Source of the DNA: an uncultured delta proteobacterium
Lineage (GTDB): Bacteria; Desulfobacterota; BSN033; UBA1163
Assembly: GCA_963827685.1 (NCBI GenBank)
Contig: CAWHBU010000003.1
Coordinates: 896,001-960,000, forward strand
Direction of reading: 5' to 3'
DNA length: 64,000 bases
Every line of letters begins with the position of its first letter. Position 1 is the stretch's first letter. The position numbers and the translations under genes were made by a program. A model generated the notes under the pieces. It worked only from the letters and a program-made list of their open reading frames with translations, was not told the origin of the DNA and did no database searches. Of the stretch, positions 49,673-60,473 are shown piece after piece.

Positions 49673-51436
49673 CTACAGCTCACCATAGACAGAATCCAGC
49701 GCGCTATCAGGCACATCAAAGACCTGGTTGTGCGGCGGAAGCGGCTCATACTTCATGAACTCGGGCACACGATCGTGTTCCTTGCTAAGCCCCGCCGCCT
49801 CGTTGAAGGCCCGTTCCTTACGCAAGATTTCTGAACCGATCTTGACCACGTCGTCTGGTTTCCAGTTGGTACCCAGGACGCCGTTACATTCCTCGACCAT
49901 CCCCTCGTACCCGCTGGGGATGTCGAGAATGGCAAAGGCGATGAACAGGCAGTGGCCGGAAGAATCGATAAATGCAGTCGTTGCCTGGAACGCCCGGCTC
50001 AAGGCAGCCTTACCTTCAGGGCTAAGGGGATCTGCCTTTCCACCGACGCTCATGATTTCGGGAGCAATAGTATAGCCCGCAGTATGATCGGCACCCATGG
50101 TGGTCGTCGCGTAGGTAATACCAATCCCTTTGACCGCCCGTGGCTCATAAGCAGGCATGCTCTGACCTTTCGTGGTGGGAACACGGCACAGGCCGTAGGC
50201 TTTGCCTGTGAACTCTGTACCGCCACCGAGGATTCGACCCAGAGGGCTCCCCTTCCCCATTTCTTTAACCAGTCTGATCGCTTTCTTGCTGTCGCCGAAC
50301 GGAATCACGCCAGCCTCCATGGCCACGGCCAGGGTAGTACCCGTCTCAATGGTATCCAGGCCATAGGCATTGCACAAGCGGACCATTTCGGCTATATCGT
50401 CCAGGTTATCAATGCAACAGTCAGCACCCAGGGCCCAGTCGGACTCGTACTCCACGCAGGAAGTATGCTCAGTGCCATCGGGCTTGTACCAGGTGTTGGA
50501 GCACTGGATGATGCAGCCGGGGCTACAGGCATGGTTGTATAGTTCCTTGCCGAGACGCTTCTTGTTCCCCTCAAAAATGGCCTCACCGGCAATCTTGGCA
50601 GCCCCTTCAAATCGGCCACTAGAGAAGTTGCGCGTAGGCAGTCCGCCAGCCTCGTTCAGAATATTGACCAGGACGGCTGTGCCATAGGTGTTCAGGCCAC
50701 CTTTGGGTTTAGTAACATCATGGGTACGCAGGGCATCGGCCAGCTTCTTGGCACCCTGGTCAAACAAGGCCTTATCAATGATACTTACATTACGAGCACC
50801 TTGGCTGTCCAGCACAATAAACTTCAGCCCCTTGCTTGCCATGACTGCACCTAAGCCACCCCTTCCGGAATACCGACTCGGACGCTTAGCGAGGTCATTA
50901 AATACTATACCTGAGTTGGCGTAGCCGTATTCCGCGGCTACGCCGAAGCCGGCAATGGCAGCACTCTTCCCGAAGCGCTTAAACACTTTTGGGTAGACCT
51001 CATACAGGTCTTGACCCTTGTACCTGTCGGCAGGGGAGAATTCTACTTTAGGCTTGCCTGCTTTGTCATCCCAGGTCAGGTAGGCCGTCCAGTACTTGCC
51101 TTTTTCCTTCGGTTGACCCTCCACTACCAGAGCTTTGATTTGCATCCAGGCAAGATATTGTGGCCATGGTGAGCCGGCGTTGGATTCCTTGATGCCGCCT
51201 GTGAGCGGGGACTTGGCGCCCACGGAGACCCGGGCCGACGTGGGAGCCGCTGTACCCGTCACGATTCCAGGCGCAAAGACGAGCTTGTTATTAGGACCGA
51301 GGGCATGACACAGAGGGGGAACCTCATCATGGACAATGGTAGACGTCATTCCGCGGCCGCCAAGGTTCTTGTAAGCTTCAGGGACTTCCTCCAAACGATA
51401 AGTGCGGTCACTCATGTTCAGTCTCAAGATCCACAT
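49673..51436 (-). CDS. Tungsten aldehyde:ferredoxin oxidoreductase family
   Basis: AKSPLTGGIKESN, GRGGLGAVM, CSPGCIIQC, EYE, GLDTI. Confidence 0.93.
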   Translation of the reverse strand: MWILRLNMSDRTYRLEEVPEAYKNLGGRGMTSTIVHDEVPPLCHALGPNNKLVFAPGIVTGTAAPTSARVSVGAKSPLTGGIKESNAGSPWPQYLAWMQIKALVVEGQPKEKGKYWTAYLTWDDKAGKPKVEFSPADRYKGQDLYEVYPKVFKRFGKSAAIAGFGVAAEYGYANSGIVFNDLAKRPSRYSGRGGLGAVMASKGLKFIVLDSQGARNVSIIDKALFDQGAKKLADALRTHDVTKPKGGLNTYGTAVLVNILNEAGGLPTRNFSSGRFEGAAKIAGEAIFEGNKKRLGKELYNHACSPGCIIQCSNTWYKPDGTEHTSCVEYESDWALGADCCIDNLDDIAEMVRLCNAYGLDTIETGTTLAVAMEAGVIPFGDSKKAIRLVKEMGKGSPLGRILGGGTEFTGKAYGLCRVPTTKGQSMPAYEPRAVKGIGITYATTTMGADHTAGYTIAPEIMSVGGKADPLSPEGKAALSRAFQATTAFIDSSGHCLFIAFAILDIPSGYEGMVEECNGVLGTNWKPDDVVKIGSEILRKERAFNEAAGLSKEHDRVPEFMKYEPLPPHNQVFDVPDSALDSVYGEL

Positions 51437-51645
51437 AATTTTTTTCCTCCTTTCTTTAGAAATGGATCTGGATCACTCGATCCGATCCGTAAAAATGGAA
51501 GTTGAAGAAGATGGGGCCCGAATTTTTCTCCATTATAGCTGAAAGAATTTTTTTTATCAAAGAAAAATTAATCTGCTGTCTTCTTGACATGTTTTATAAA
51601 ATTGTTGAAAATAGATGCAATGTTAATAGGTTGAGAGAAATCCGA

Positions 51646-52824
51646 ATGAAAGATCTTCTTAATCTCTTCCGCTGGCAAGATGCTTTAGACATTTTCATTC
51701 TCACCTATATTTTCTATCGCCTCTACCTCTGGCTTAGAAAGAAAAAAGCTCTGCGAATGATCCTCGGCATTTTGGCTTTGCCTCTTTTTTATCTTTTTGC
51801 TCAGTGGATCGACTTACCTCTTTCGGTATGGGGGCTCCAGAATCTCTGGCCGGTGATCGTTATTATTCTGGTCGTGATCTTCCAGCAAGAGATCAGAGAA
51901 GTGCTGGGAAATATCAGCCTTCCCTCTTTTTTCTTTGGAAGGCTTGAAGGACTCACTTCGAAAACGATTGATCACATTACAGAGGCCGCCTTTCAAATGG
52001 CGAATAGGAAAATTGGCGGTTTAATCGTTCTTCAGAGAGGAGACGATCTCGAAGAGATCATTCGTGAAAAAACTCTTTTGGATGCGGAGATCAATGAAGA
52101 TATCCTGGTCAGTATTTTTAATTCTCAATCTCCGTTACATGATGGTGCCGTCATTATCCAGAGAGGCCGAATTCAGTACGCCGCCGCGCTTCTTCCCCTA
52201 TCCAAATCCACTTCCCTGCCCAAAGAGTGGGGAACCCGGCATCGTGCCGGGGTAGGCATCACGGAAGTTTCAGACGGAGACTGCATTATCATCTCAGAAG
52301 AGAGGGGGGAGGTTTTGTTAGCTTCCAAGGGGGCGGTCGAAAAGAAACAAGGAAAGGAAGACTTAAAGAAAAGCCTTGCCGATTTGACTCCAATGGGAGA
52401 CACAAAAGACAAGGAGTGGACATGGCCTAAAAAACTCTTTAAGGATATTCCAATAAAAGTTCTCTTTCTCCTCTTAGTATGTCTGCTCTGGGTCTTTGTG
52501 ATTGGTGTCCGCCAAGGAGAGGTTAGTTTTAATATCCCCATTGAATATTATTCCATGCCTCAGAATTTAGAAATTGTCGGTGAGCCTCCCAAAGAGGTGA
52601 ATGTACGGGTCAGAGGATCACAAAGGCTCCTCTCTTCTATTAAGCCCGATTATGTCAGAGTTCAAGTAAATCTTTCCAATGCTCATGTGGGAACCAATCA
52701 GATTGCCCTTTCTGAAGCGAGCATCGCGACCCGTCCTGGAATAACGATCACCAGCTTCTACCCTCGGAATATCAAGCTTGTCCTCTCGCCTGTTTCCAAT
52801 TCCAATAGAAATAGAAAACCCTGA
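51646..52824 (+). CDS. dacA: Diadenylate cyclase DacA/CdaA fused to a YbbR domain
   Basis: Three TM, FQQEIR, LHDGA, GTRHRA, SEERG, then TM plus VNVRVRG. Confidence 0.88.
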   Translation: MKDLLNLFRWQDALDIFILTYIFYRLYLWLRKKKALRMILGILALPLFYLFAQWIDLPLSVWGLQNLWPVIVIILVVIFQQEIREVLGNISLPSFFFGRLEGLTSKTIDHITEAAFQMANRKIGGLIVLQRGDDLEEIIREKTLLDAEINEDILVSIFNSQSPLHDGAVIIQRGRIQYAAALLPLSKSTSLPKEWGTRHRAGVGITEVSDGDCIIISEERGEVLLASKGAVEKKQGKEDLKKSLADLTPMGDTKDKEWTWPKKLFKDIPIKVLFLLLVCLLWVFVIGVRQGEVSFNIPIEYYSMPQNLEIVGEPPKEVNVRVRGSQRLLSSIKPDYVRVQVNLSNAHVGTNQIALSEASIATRPGITITSFYPRNIKLVLSPVSNSNRNRKP

Positions 52825-52860
52825 GCTGTCCCTGTTCTTTCATGACTCCAACAGAAAGGA

Positions 52861-53105
52861 ACCCAAATCCGAATTTAGAAAATTGTCATTGCGAGCGGAC
52901 TGAAGCAATCTCGCTTTTTTCGATTGGATTGCCACGCTTGCGCGCCGGAGCGCTTCAGCGCGCAGGCACGCCTGCGTGCCGGAACGTTTGGCTGCACATA
53001 TCTGCTTCAACAAAGGCAAGCACTTCGGCGTGCAGGCACGCACCTTTCAGGTGCTCGCAATGCCGGAATGGGAAATGGGTTTCGTTCTCTAAATCGGAAT
53101 TTGGT
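52861..53105. repeat. Nested palindromic element: outer IR, GTCATTGCGAG/CTCGCAATG REP, inner GCCTGC/GCAGGC units
   Basis: acccaaatccgaatttagaaaa ... ttctctaaatcggaatttggt outer IR. Confidence 0.55.
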
Positions 53106-53164
53106 GGGAATCAAACTTGCCCTACCCCAGTTTTTTAGAAGTGCTGAGCTTTTTTAGGAGCAAG

Positions 53165-53331
53165 CCACCAGGCCAAGCCCCTCAGAGAGGCTTCACAGGC
53201 CGCGCCGCTTCGCGCTTGGGCACATGGATCTCAACGTTATAAGGAAGTCTCCTATCTTCCTCGGTCAGGTTACAAATACCTCTCTAAGAAATCGGCCTTA
53301 TGAAGCCTCGAGGAGGGGGTTGGCCTGGTGG
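53165..53331. mobile_element. Putative MITE with about 37-bp imperfect IRs and a 4-bp CAAG direct repeat
   Basis: CAAG|ccaccaggccaagcccctc...gagggggttggcctggtgg|CAAG. Confidence 0.55.
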
Positions 53332-53441
53332 CAAGTACCATCCATTTCAGTCGGTCTGGAAAGGATAAGGAAAAACTGGGAGTGGGCAAGAGGAATCAAA
53401 TCATTGACACCCTTTTCCCCTTTCTGATAATATCCTCACGA

Positions 53442-54464
53442 ATGAAAAGACTGAATGCCATCACAGACGTTCCAGGGATCAAGGTTGGCCATGCCAGTGA
53501 CTTCAAGGCCTTGACCGGCTGCACTGTCATCCTCTGTGAAGAAGGGGCAATCGGAGCCGTCGACATCCGCGGGACAGCAGCCGGGACGAGACAGATCGAC
53601 GCCCTCACCCCCCTCCATCTGGTTGATAAAATTCATGCCATTCTCCTGGCTGGCGGAAGTGCTTTTGGCTTGGATGCCGCGGGAGGAGTGATGGCCTATC
53701 TGGAGGAGAGAAGAAAGGGGTTTGGTGAGGCCATAAAAATCCCTATCGTGCCTACTGCTGTGATTTTTGATTTTGGAATCGGTGATTTCCGTATAAGGCC
53801 GGATCGCGAGATGGGATATCAGGCCTGTCTCAATGTTTCAAAAAATGTGGAAGAAGGAAGTGTTGGGGTTGGAGCCGGAGCCACGGTGGGAAAGCTTTTT
53901 GGGATGGAGCGGGCGATGAAGGGGGGTTTGGGCACCTCAAGTATTCAAGGGCCCAAAGGGCTTATAGTGGGGGGCCTCGTCGTCGTCAACGCCTTCGGTG
54001 ATGTGTTTGATCCTGGATCTAACCAAATTCTAGCAGGGGCAAGGAAATCCAAAGAAGGTTTCCAATTAGCCAATTCATCGAAGTGGATGAAAAAAGGGGT
54101 GACCCGGAAACAGTTTGCGGCCGTCACCCCGTCTGATTCCGATGCTTTTAATACAACCCTCGGGGTGATAGCCACCAACGCCAATCTAACCAAGAAAGAG
54201 GCACATCAGGTCGCGCAGATCGCCCACTCGGGTTTGGCTAAGGTCATCTCACCCCTTCATACAACTTTCGATGGAGATTTAATCTTTGCCATCTCCTATG
54301 GAAAGAAAAAGGCCGACGTGAATACCGTCGGACTTCTTGGAGAAGCGGTGTTAATCGGGTCAGTCAAAAGGGCTGTGACCCTGGCAAAAGGATTTGGGGT
54401 GATCCCTGCATATCAAGATATTGCGGCTCGAAAGCGACGCTTCACCGGAAATAGAGGACCCTGA
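53442..54464 (+). CDS. P1/S58 family peptidase (DmpA-like)
   Basis: ITDVPGIKVGH, GGSAFGL, NTT, DGD. Confidence 0.9.
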   Translation: MKRLNAITDVPGIKVGHASDFKALTGCTVILCEEGAIGAVDIRGTAAGTRQIDALTPLHLVDKIHAILLAGGSAFGLDAAGGVMAYLEERRKGFGEAIKIPIVPTAVIFDFGIGDFRIRPDREMGYQACLNVSKNVEEGSVGVGAGATVGKLFGMERAMKGGLGTSSIQGPKGLIVGGLVVVNAFGDVFDPGSNQILAGARKSKEGFQLANSSKWMKKGVTRKQFAAVTPSDSDAFNTTLGVIATNANLTKKEAHQVAQIAHSGLAKVISPLHTTFDGDLIFAISYGKKKADVNTVGLLGEAVLIGSVKRAVTLAKGFGVIPAYQDIAARKRRFTGNRGP

Positions 54465-54476
54465 GCGAAATCTCGC

Positions 54477-55076
54477 ATGGAAATATTAAATCTATTAAAA
54501 TCCCGGAGGTCCATTCGGGTTTACCAAGACAAACCCATTCCACAAGATCTTCTCCTCCAGATCCTCGAGGCAGGAAGGTGGGCCCCGACTGGAGCAAATC
54601 TCCAGCCCTGGCACTTCATCGTCGTGACGGATCAAGAGACGAGAAGACAGATCGGAGAGGTCGCCCGATTTCTTTTCATCAAATCATCCCATGTGGGAAG
54701 GGCCCCCGTGGTCATCGTCCTGGGCTTCGACAGCCGAAAGGGAAAATACGGAAGGTACGATGTGACGCTGGCAGGAGCAAATATGATGACCATGGCCGCA
54801 CACCTTGGCCTTGGAACTTGTTGGATTGGTGCCTTTGATGAGTCGAAGGTAAGAGAGATTCTTGAGATTCCGGAAAACATCGGAGTCATCGGTCTCATCA
54901 CACTGGGTTATGCTGGAGAGGAGGCGGAAGTTCCTCCGCGGGTGGAGCTGGAGAAGATCGTTCATTGGGAGTCCTGGTCCAATGTAAGGAGACAAACCTT
55001 GAGGAATGGAATGCTTCAATCAGGACCTCTCTCACTGACCAAGAAGTTCTTCAGAAAACGAAAATCAAGTGAATGA
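54477..55076 (+). CDS. Nitroreductase family protein
   Basis: RRSIRVY, APTGANLQPW, GLGTCWIG. Confidence 0.92.
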   Translation: MEILNLLKSRRSIRVYQDKPIPQDLLLQILEAGRWAPTGANLQPWHFIVVTDQETRRQIGEVARFLFIKSSHVGRAPVVIVLGFDSRKGKYGRYDVTLAGANMMTMAAHLGLGTCWIGAFDESKVREILEIPENIGVIGLITLGYAGEEAEVPPRVELEKIVHWESWSNVRRQTLRNGMLQSGPLSLTKKFFRKRKSSE

Positions 55077-55182
55077 ATCGAGAGGATTCAAGGATTCAAG
55101 GGGTCGGGCAAAGACTCGACTAATTAGATACTCGAACCCTGGAACCCTCGAATCCTAGAACCCCTTTTCAAGGAGAGAAATT

Positions 55183-55940
55183 ATGGATGAACTATTGATT
55201 CGAAGGGCGGCGAAGGATATTCTCAATTCAAAAAAAACGATCGCTTTTACTGGAGCGGGTATTTCTGTAGAGAGCGGTATTCCTGATTTTCGGGGGCTCA
55301 GGGTCTCTGGCAAAAATATGATCCCGAGGAATATGCCCACATCAATACCTTTTATTCGGACCCCGATCGGGTCTGGTTGATGCTGAAAGATATGTTCTCC
55401 CTCATCATGTCGGCAAAACCCAACCCTGCCCATATTGGATTGGCTGAATTGGAAAAAATGGGTTACCTCTCCTCGGTCATCACTCAGAATGTGGATGGTC
55501 TTCACCAGGCAGCAGGAAGCCGCCGTGTGATTGAATTTCATGGGAGTCACAGGACGCTCTCTTGTTTGAAGTGCTCGACCACGATCGATGGAACGTCACT
55601 CAAATTTGAGGATCTGCCTCCCCGGTGTCCCCGGTGTTCATCGCTTTTGAAACCCGATGTCGTCTTTTTTGGAGAACCTATCCCCTGGGAGGCTCAGGTC
55701 TCGTCATTGAAAGAATCCCAATCATGCAGTGCCGTGCTCGTCATCGGAACCTCTGCCGTCGTCTATCCAGCAGCCTCCATTCCCATTACAGCCAAAGAGA
55801 GAGGCGCCACGGTCATTGAAATCAATACGGAGCCCACTCCCTTGACCTATCAGATATCAGATTATCTGATCTCGGGCTGCGCCGGTGAAATCATCCCCGC
55901 CATTGTCGAAGAAGTAAAGCGCACAAACCCCCTTCATTAA
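55183..55940 (+). pseudogene. cobB: NAD-dependent deacylase (sirtuin), frameshifted in a G-run
   Basis: TGAGISVESGIPDFRG; one more G at 55292-55296 gives AQGLWQKYDP..., joining TQNVDGLH, HGS, CxxC..CxxC, GTS. Confidence 0.88.
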
Positions 55941-55954
55941 CCCCTCTCCCCCTG

Positions 55955-56209
55955 GAGACTGTGTCGTAATGTTGACTACGCAGAAAGATGAATTCTTCCA
56001 TGTTAGAGAATGCCAAGTTGATAGGGGACAGGCGGCTGGCTGAGGAAGCTTTAGGGCGGAACCTTTTATCAGGTAAATTCATACGCATACACTTCATGAA
56101 AACAACACTTTCGATGACAAGAATGATTGACCATACCTTTCAATAATCCGCAATTCTAAAGCTTCCGAAGCTTGTCACCTGTCCCTCACTGCGATTACAA
56201 CACAGTCTC
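55955..56209. mobile_element. 255-bp MITE inserted in a REP-like palindrome
   Basis: IRs GAGACTGTGTCGTAAT / ATTACAACACAGTCTC (15 of 16 complementary), CTG direct repeat. Confidence 0.75.
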
Positions 56210-56393
56210 CTGGGAGAAGAGGGCAAGGGTGAGGGAGAAAAGTCAGGATTATTGCAATCTGGGGTTCAAGGTGATATGATTCATTGATATTAGACAACCC
56301 TTTTTGCCTGCTTTTTTCGCCTGACATGGCCAAAAAAAGTAGGCGTTAGGCCTGCCTGCGGTAGGCAGGCGATTTTGGGGTGAAGGTTCATTT

Positions 56394-57389
56394 TTGAAAG
56401 AACAACCAGACGCAACCGTCGAAAAGGTGATCTTTGATGATCTCCAAATGGCCAATGCCCTTTTCGGCGCTCACAGTGAAAATTTAAGGCGCATTGCCAG
56501 GACCACTGGAGTGAAGATCAATGCCAAAGGCAATGGTCTCACCATCCAAGGGGAAGACTTAGATGTCGATCTTTCAATCCGTGTTTTGAACAGCCTTTAC
56601 GCCCTCCTGAAAAAAGGGTACCCCCTTTATCCAACCGATATCGATTATGCCATTCGAATGATCTCCGACGATCAGAATGTTAACCTCGAAGACGTCTTTC
56701 TCGATACCGTTTATATCTCATCCAGGAAGCGGGTGATCACACCCAAAAGTCTGGCCCAGAAACGTTATATTGAGGCGATTCGAAAATACGATCTGGTGAT
56801 CGGGATTGGCCCTGCCGGAACAGGGAAAACCTATCTGGCCATGGCCATGGCGGTGACCAGTCTCATGAAGCAGGAAGTTGAGAGGATCGTCCTGACTCGC
56901 CCTGCGGTAGAAGCCGGTGAGAAGTTGGGATTTCTTCCCGGAGATATTTCGGAGAAGGTCAATCCTTATCTTCGTCCCCTCTACGATGCCCTGCATGATA
57001 TGATGGATTTCGACCGAGCCTCCAAACTCGTGGAGAGGGGGGTAATTGAAGTGGCTCCCTTAGCCTTTATGAGGGGAAGAACTCTCAACGATTCCTTCGT
57101 CATCCTCGACGAGGCACAAAATACAGGGCCAGAGCAGATGAAGATGTTTTTGACGCGATTGGGCTACAGTTCCAAGGCTGTCATCACAGGAGATATCACC
57201 CAGGTGGACCTTCCAGAAAATAAAGTCTCGGGGTTGGTCGAAGTCCAGGGCATTCTCAAAGGAATCGAAGGGATTGAATTTGTTTATTTCTCGGACAGGG
57301 ATGTCGTCAGACATCCCCTTGTTCAGGAGATTATCAAGGCCTATGAAAGAGCGGAGGAACGGCGACACCGCCCCAAGAACTCTCTTTAA
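56394..57389 (+). CDS. phoH: PhoH family ATPase
   Basis: [28 protein letters not shown]. Confidence 0.95.
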   Translation: MKEQPDATVEKVIFDDLQMANALFGAHSENLRRIARTTGVKINAKGNGLTIQGEDLDVDLSIRVLNSLYALLKKGYPLYPTDIDYAIRMISDDQNVNLEDVFLDTVYISSRKRVITPKSLAQKRYIEAIRKYDLVIGIGPAGTGKTYLAMAMAVTSLMKQEVERIVLTRPAVEAGEKLGFLPGDISEKVNPYLRPLYDALHDMMDFDRASKLVERGVIEVAPLAFMRGRTLNDSFVILDEAQNTGPEQMKMFLTRLGYSSKAVITGDITQVDLPENKVSGLVEVQGILKGIEGIEFVYFSDRDVVRHPLVQEIIKAYERAEERRHRPKNSL

Positions 57390-57395
57390 CGACCT

Positions 57396-59747
57396 ATGAT
57401 GAAAACATCTATAAAAAAATTCATTCTTGGCCTTCCCTTTCTCAAAACGACCAATGACCTGAGAGATCGCACATGGCTGGAGAAGATCAAAACCCCTTCT
57501 TATCAGAAGTGGTTTATCGGCATTGGAATGGCTATTCTTCTCAGCCTCCTTCTCTCACCGAGCCTGACCCTCCGCGTGAAAGAATACAAGGTGGGAGACA
57601 TCGCGACCAAGGAAATCAAATCCAATCAGGTTCTTCTAGTCGAGGATGAAAGGTCAACTCAGGAAAAACGCACCGAGGCGGAAAGAGCTGTGCCCTCCAT
57701 CTACGACTATGATCCGTCTGTCTTCAGCGATGCGGAGAATCGAATCCAACCTGCTTTTGCATCCTTGTCCACCTCTTTCCAGAAAGGGGAGAAAGGAATA
57801 GATCAAAATGCTCTGAGGAAAAAAGTATGGGATTCCTCCCTGAACCTTCCTCTCACGCAAAGGGAATGGCATATTTTGGAAAAAGAACACTTCAATCCCG
57901 CTGTCGGAGAAACCGCCTTGAAATGGATCGCTCCCATCCTCAAAAAGGGGATTGTCAATGATAAAGAATTTCTTGACTCAGACGCTGAGAAAGGAATCGT
58001 CATCCGGAATATCCAGACCCGTGAGGACAGGAGACCCTTTCCTCCTTTCACCTTTTTAGATTTTAAGGAGGCAAAGGCAAAGCTCCGGGCTCAGGCGGAT
58101 CACGCTTCCCCTGTTCTCGGGAAAGAATTATCCCCCATCGCTTTAAAAATCGCCGAACATGTCCTGAGGCCCAACCTCACCTTCAATAAAGATGAGACCC
58201 AAGAACGAAAGACGAAAGCAAGGGAGAAGGTCAACCCCGTCTATTTTCAAATTAAGAGAGGAGAGGTCATTCTGAGGGCCGGGGATCGGGTTCAGGAAGA
58301 GCATCTTTTAATCATCCGGGCCCTGAGGAAGGCACAGGAGAGAACTCACCTCCTGGCCATCCTGATCGGAATGGGCCTTCTGACGTTCCTCATCTTAGCG
58401 AGTCTCTATCAATTCTCTACGCAAAATATCCGAAAGATCGCCCTTTCCCAGAAAGATCTCCTTTTCTTCTCCACGGCTTTGCTTGGGATCATTGCCTTCC
58501 TGAAACTCTTTCAGCTGAGTGCGGATGTTCTGGGAGGAGAATTTTTCTCCATCCCTGCCTCTTCTTACCTTTATCTCTTTCCAATCGCCACGGGTGCGAT
58601 GCTCGTTCGGATCGTCCTCAATTCAGAGGTAGCCATTGTCTTCTCCCTCCTGGCCAGTTATTTCTCTGCCGCGCTCATGGGGAATCAACTTTTCTACTTC
58701 ATCTTCGCCTTTGTGGGAAGCGTGATCGGTGCTCATAAGGTGGCACGATGCGAACAGAGGAACATCCTGATCAAGGCCGGAATCACCGTGGGCGGCATCA
58801 ACACCTTAATGATCCTCGCTTACAATCTGCTTTCCGAAAATCCTTTCAAAATGACCATTCTCTCTGATCTGTCGATGGGTTTTCTGGGGGGTCTCCTGGC
58901 TTCGGTCCTTGTCCTGGGAATCGTTCCCATTGTGGAAATTGTTTTCGGTTACACCACGGACATCAAACTGCTCGAATTGGCCAATATGGACCATCCCGTC
59001 CTCAAAGACTTGATTCTTCAGGCCCCCGGTACCTATCACCACAGCATCATTGTCGGGAGTTTGGTGGAGGCCGCCGCCAAATCCATCGGTGCCAATCCTT
59101 TGTTGACAAGGGTCAGCGCTTATTACCATGATATTGGAAAGTTGAAAAAACCCCTCTACTTCATTGAAAACGTGGGCGGGGAAGATAATAAACACGAGCA
59201 TCTCACTCCCACGATGTCGGCCCTCATCCTCATTTCGCATGTGAAGGACGGGGTGGAGATGGCTCGTGAAAATCGTCTGGGCGAACGCATCGGCCACATC
59301 ATTCAACAACATCACGGGACCAGTCTGATCTCCTACTTCTATCAAAAGGCCAAGGAAAAAGAGAATCCGGAGATGGAGTCGGTCAATGAGGAGGATTTTC
59401 GTTATCCCGGTCCCAAACCCCAGACCAAAGAGGCGGGGATCGTCATGCTGGCCGATTCGGTAGAGGCCGCCTCTCGCGCCCTCACCGATCCCACCCCTTC
59501 TCGAATCACAAGCCTCGTCCAACGGGTGACGAACAACATCTTCTTAGATGGACAGATGGAAGAGTGTGAATTGACTCTGAAGGATTTACAAAAGATCCAG
59601 GAGAGTTTTAATCGGATCCTGACTGCTATTTTTCACCAGAGAGTGGATTATCTTCCAGAAGTCTCCGAAGCCACTAAGAAATGGACCAATGAGAATATCG
59701 ATCCAAAATCGGCAAAAACGCATCCTCCTAAACTTAAAAAAAGTTAG
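57396..59747 (+). CDS. 7TM-HD phosphohydrolase (PgpH/YqfF type)
   Basis: Extracellular domain, 7 TM, APGTYHHS, YHDIGK, QHHGT, FRYPGPKP. Confidence 0.9.
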   Translation: MMKTSIKKFILGLPFLKTTNDLRDRTWLEKIKTPSYQKWFIGIGMAILLSLLLSPSLTLRVKEYKVGDIATKEIKSNQVLLVEDERSTQEKRTEAERAVPSIYDYDPSVFSDAENRIQPAFASLSTSFQKGEKGIDQNALRKKVWDSSLNLPLTQREWHILEKEHFNPAVGETALKWIAPILKKGIVNDKEFLDSDAEKGIVIRNIQTREDRRPFPPFTFLDFKEAKAKLRAQADHASPVLGKELSPIALKIAEHVLRPNLTFNKDETQERKTKAREKVNPVYFQIKRGEVILRAGDRVQEEHLLIIRALRKAQERTHLLAILIGMGLLTFLILASLYQFSTQNIRKIALSQKDLLFFSTALLGIIAFLKLFQLSADVLGGEFFSIPASSYLYLFPIATGAMLVRIVLNSEVAIVFSLLASYFSAALMGNQLFYFIFAFVGSVIGAHKVARCEQRNILIKAGITVGGINTLMILAYNLLSENPFKMTILSDLSMGFLGGLLASVLVLGIVPIVEIVFGYTTDIKLLELANMDHPVLKDLILQAPGTYHHSIIVGSLVEAAAKSIGANPLLTRVSAYYHDIGKLKKPLYFIENVGGEDNKHEHLTPTMSALILISHVKDGVEMARENRLGERIGHIIQQHHGTSLISYFYQKAKEKENPEMESVNEEDFRYPGPKPQTKEAGIVMLADSVEAASRALTDPTPSRITSLVQRVTNNIFLDGQMEECELTLKDLQKIQESFNRILTAIFHQRVDYLPEVSEATKKWTNENIDPKSAKTHPPKLKKS

Positions 59748-60132
59748 AAGGGCGACCCAAAGAATATTGACCGAATTGGGGCTTCTTGATGCCGAGCTGA
59801 GCCTCCTTTTGGTCGATGATGCCCGGATCCAAGATCTGAATCGACGCTATCTCAATCGTGACAAACCCACCAATGTCCTGGCCTTCCCCATGAGAGAGGG
59901 AGAATTTTCAACCCTCCATCCCCAGCTCCTCGGTGACCTGGTGATTTCCGTTGAGACGGCCAAGCGCCAATCGAACCGTTTCGGCCTCGATGAAATGGAA
60001 ATGGTGATCCTTCTGATGATCCATGGAGTCCTGCACTTGATCGGCTACGAGCATGAAGGGACGAAAAAAGGGGCCCGGGAGATGGCCCTCAAGCAGAAAG
60101 AACTCTTCCGCCACGCCATCCAGAAGGTCTGA
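59689..60132 (+). CDS. ybeY: rRNA maturation endoribonuclease YbeY
   Basis: LNRRYL, PTNVLAF, LGDLVIS, HGVLHLIGYEH. Confidence 0.95.
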   Translation: MRISIQNRQKRILLNLKKVRRATQRILTELGLLDAELSLLLVDDARIQDLNRRYLNRDKPTNVLAFPMREGEFSTLHPQLLGDLVISVETAKRQSNRFGLDEMEMVILLMIHGVLHLIGYEHEGTKKGAREMALKQKELFRHAIQKV

Positions 60133-60473
60133 TCCAGGTATTTTAAGTTGCCTCTTTATCCCAAAAGTTGTGTGGGGGCTATCCAAAATCTTCATGCAAG
60201 TAAAGAGTATCCTCTATTTCTTCCTGAAATTTTCCATTCCGTAATTTCAAAAAATGGTATATATTGGCATCGAAAATTAACAATAGAAATAACCCAGGTT
60301 CAACAGAATAATTTGTTAGTAAATTATATGGATTCGGAATAATGTTGTTCAAAACGTTCTTTTGTGGAAAATAAGCCATAAAGGAGTGCTATTTTAAACA
60401 AACAATGAGGCTTTTGAGCCTTAATTTAAACAAAATACCGAATCAGCTTAAAAAATAAGTTATCCCTGATAAA

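Noticed and set aside
60132-60440. Integron integrase remnant upstream of the cassette
   Set aside because: No tyrosine-recombinase motifs seen in the frames I read; only short AT-rich ORFs.
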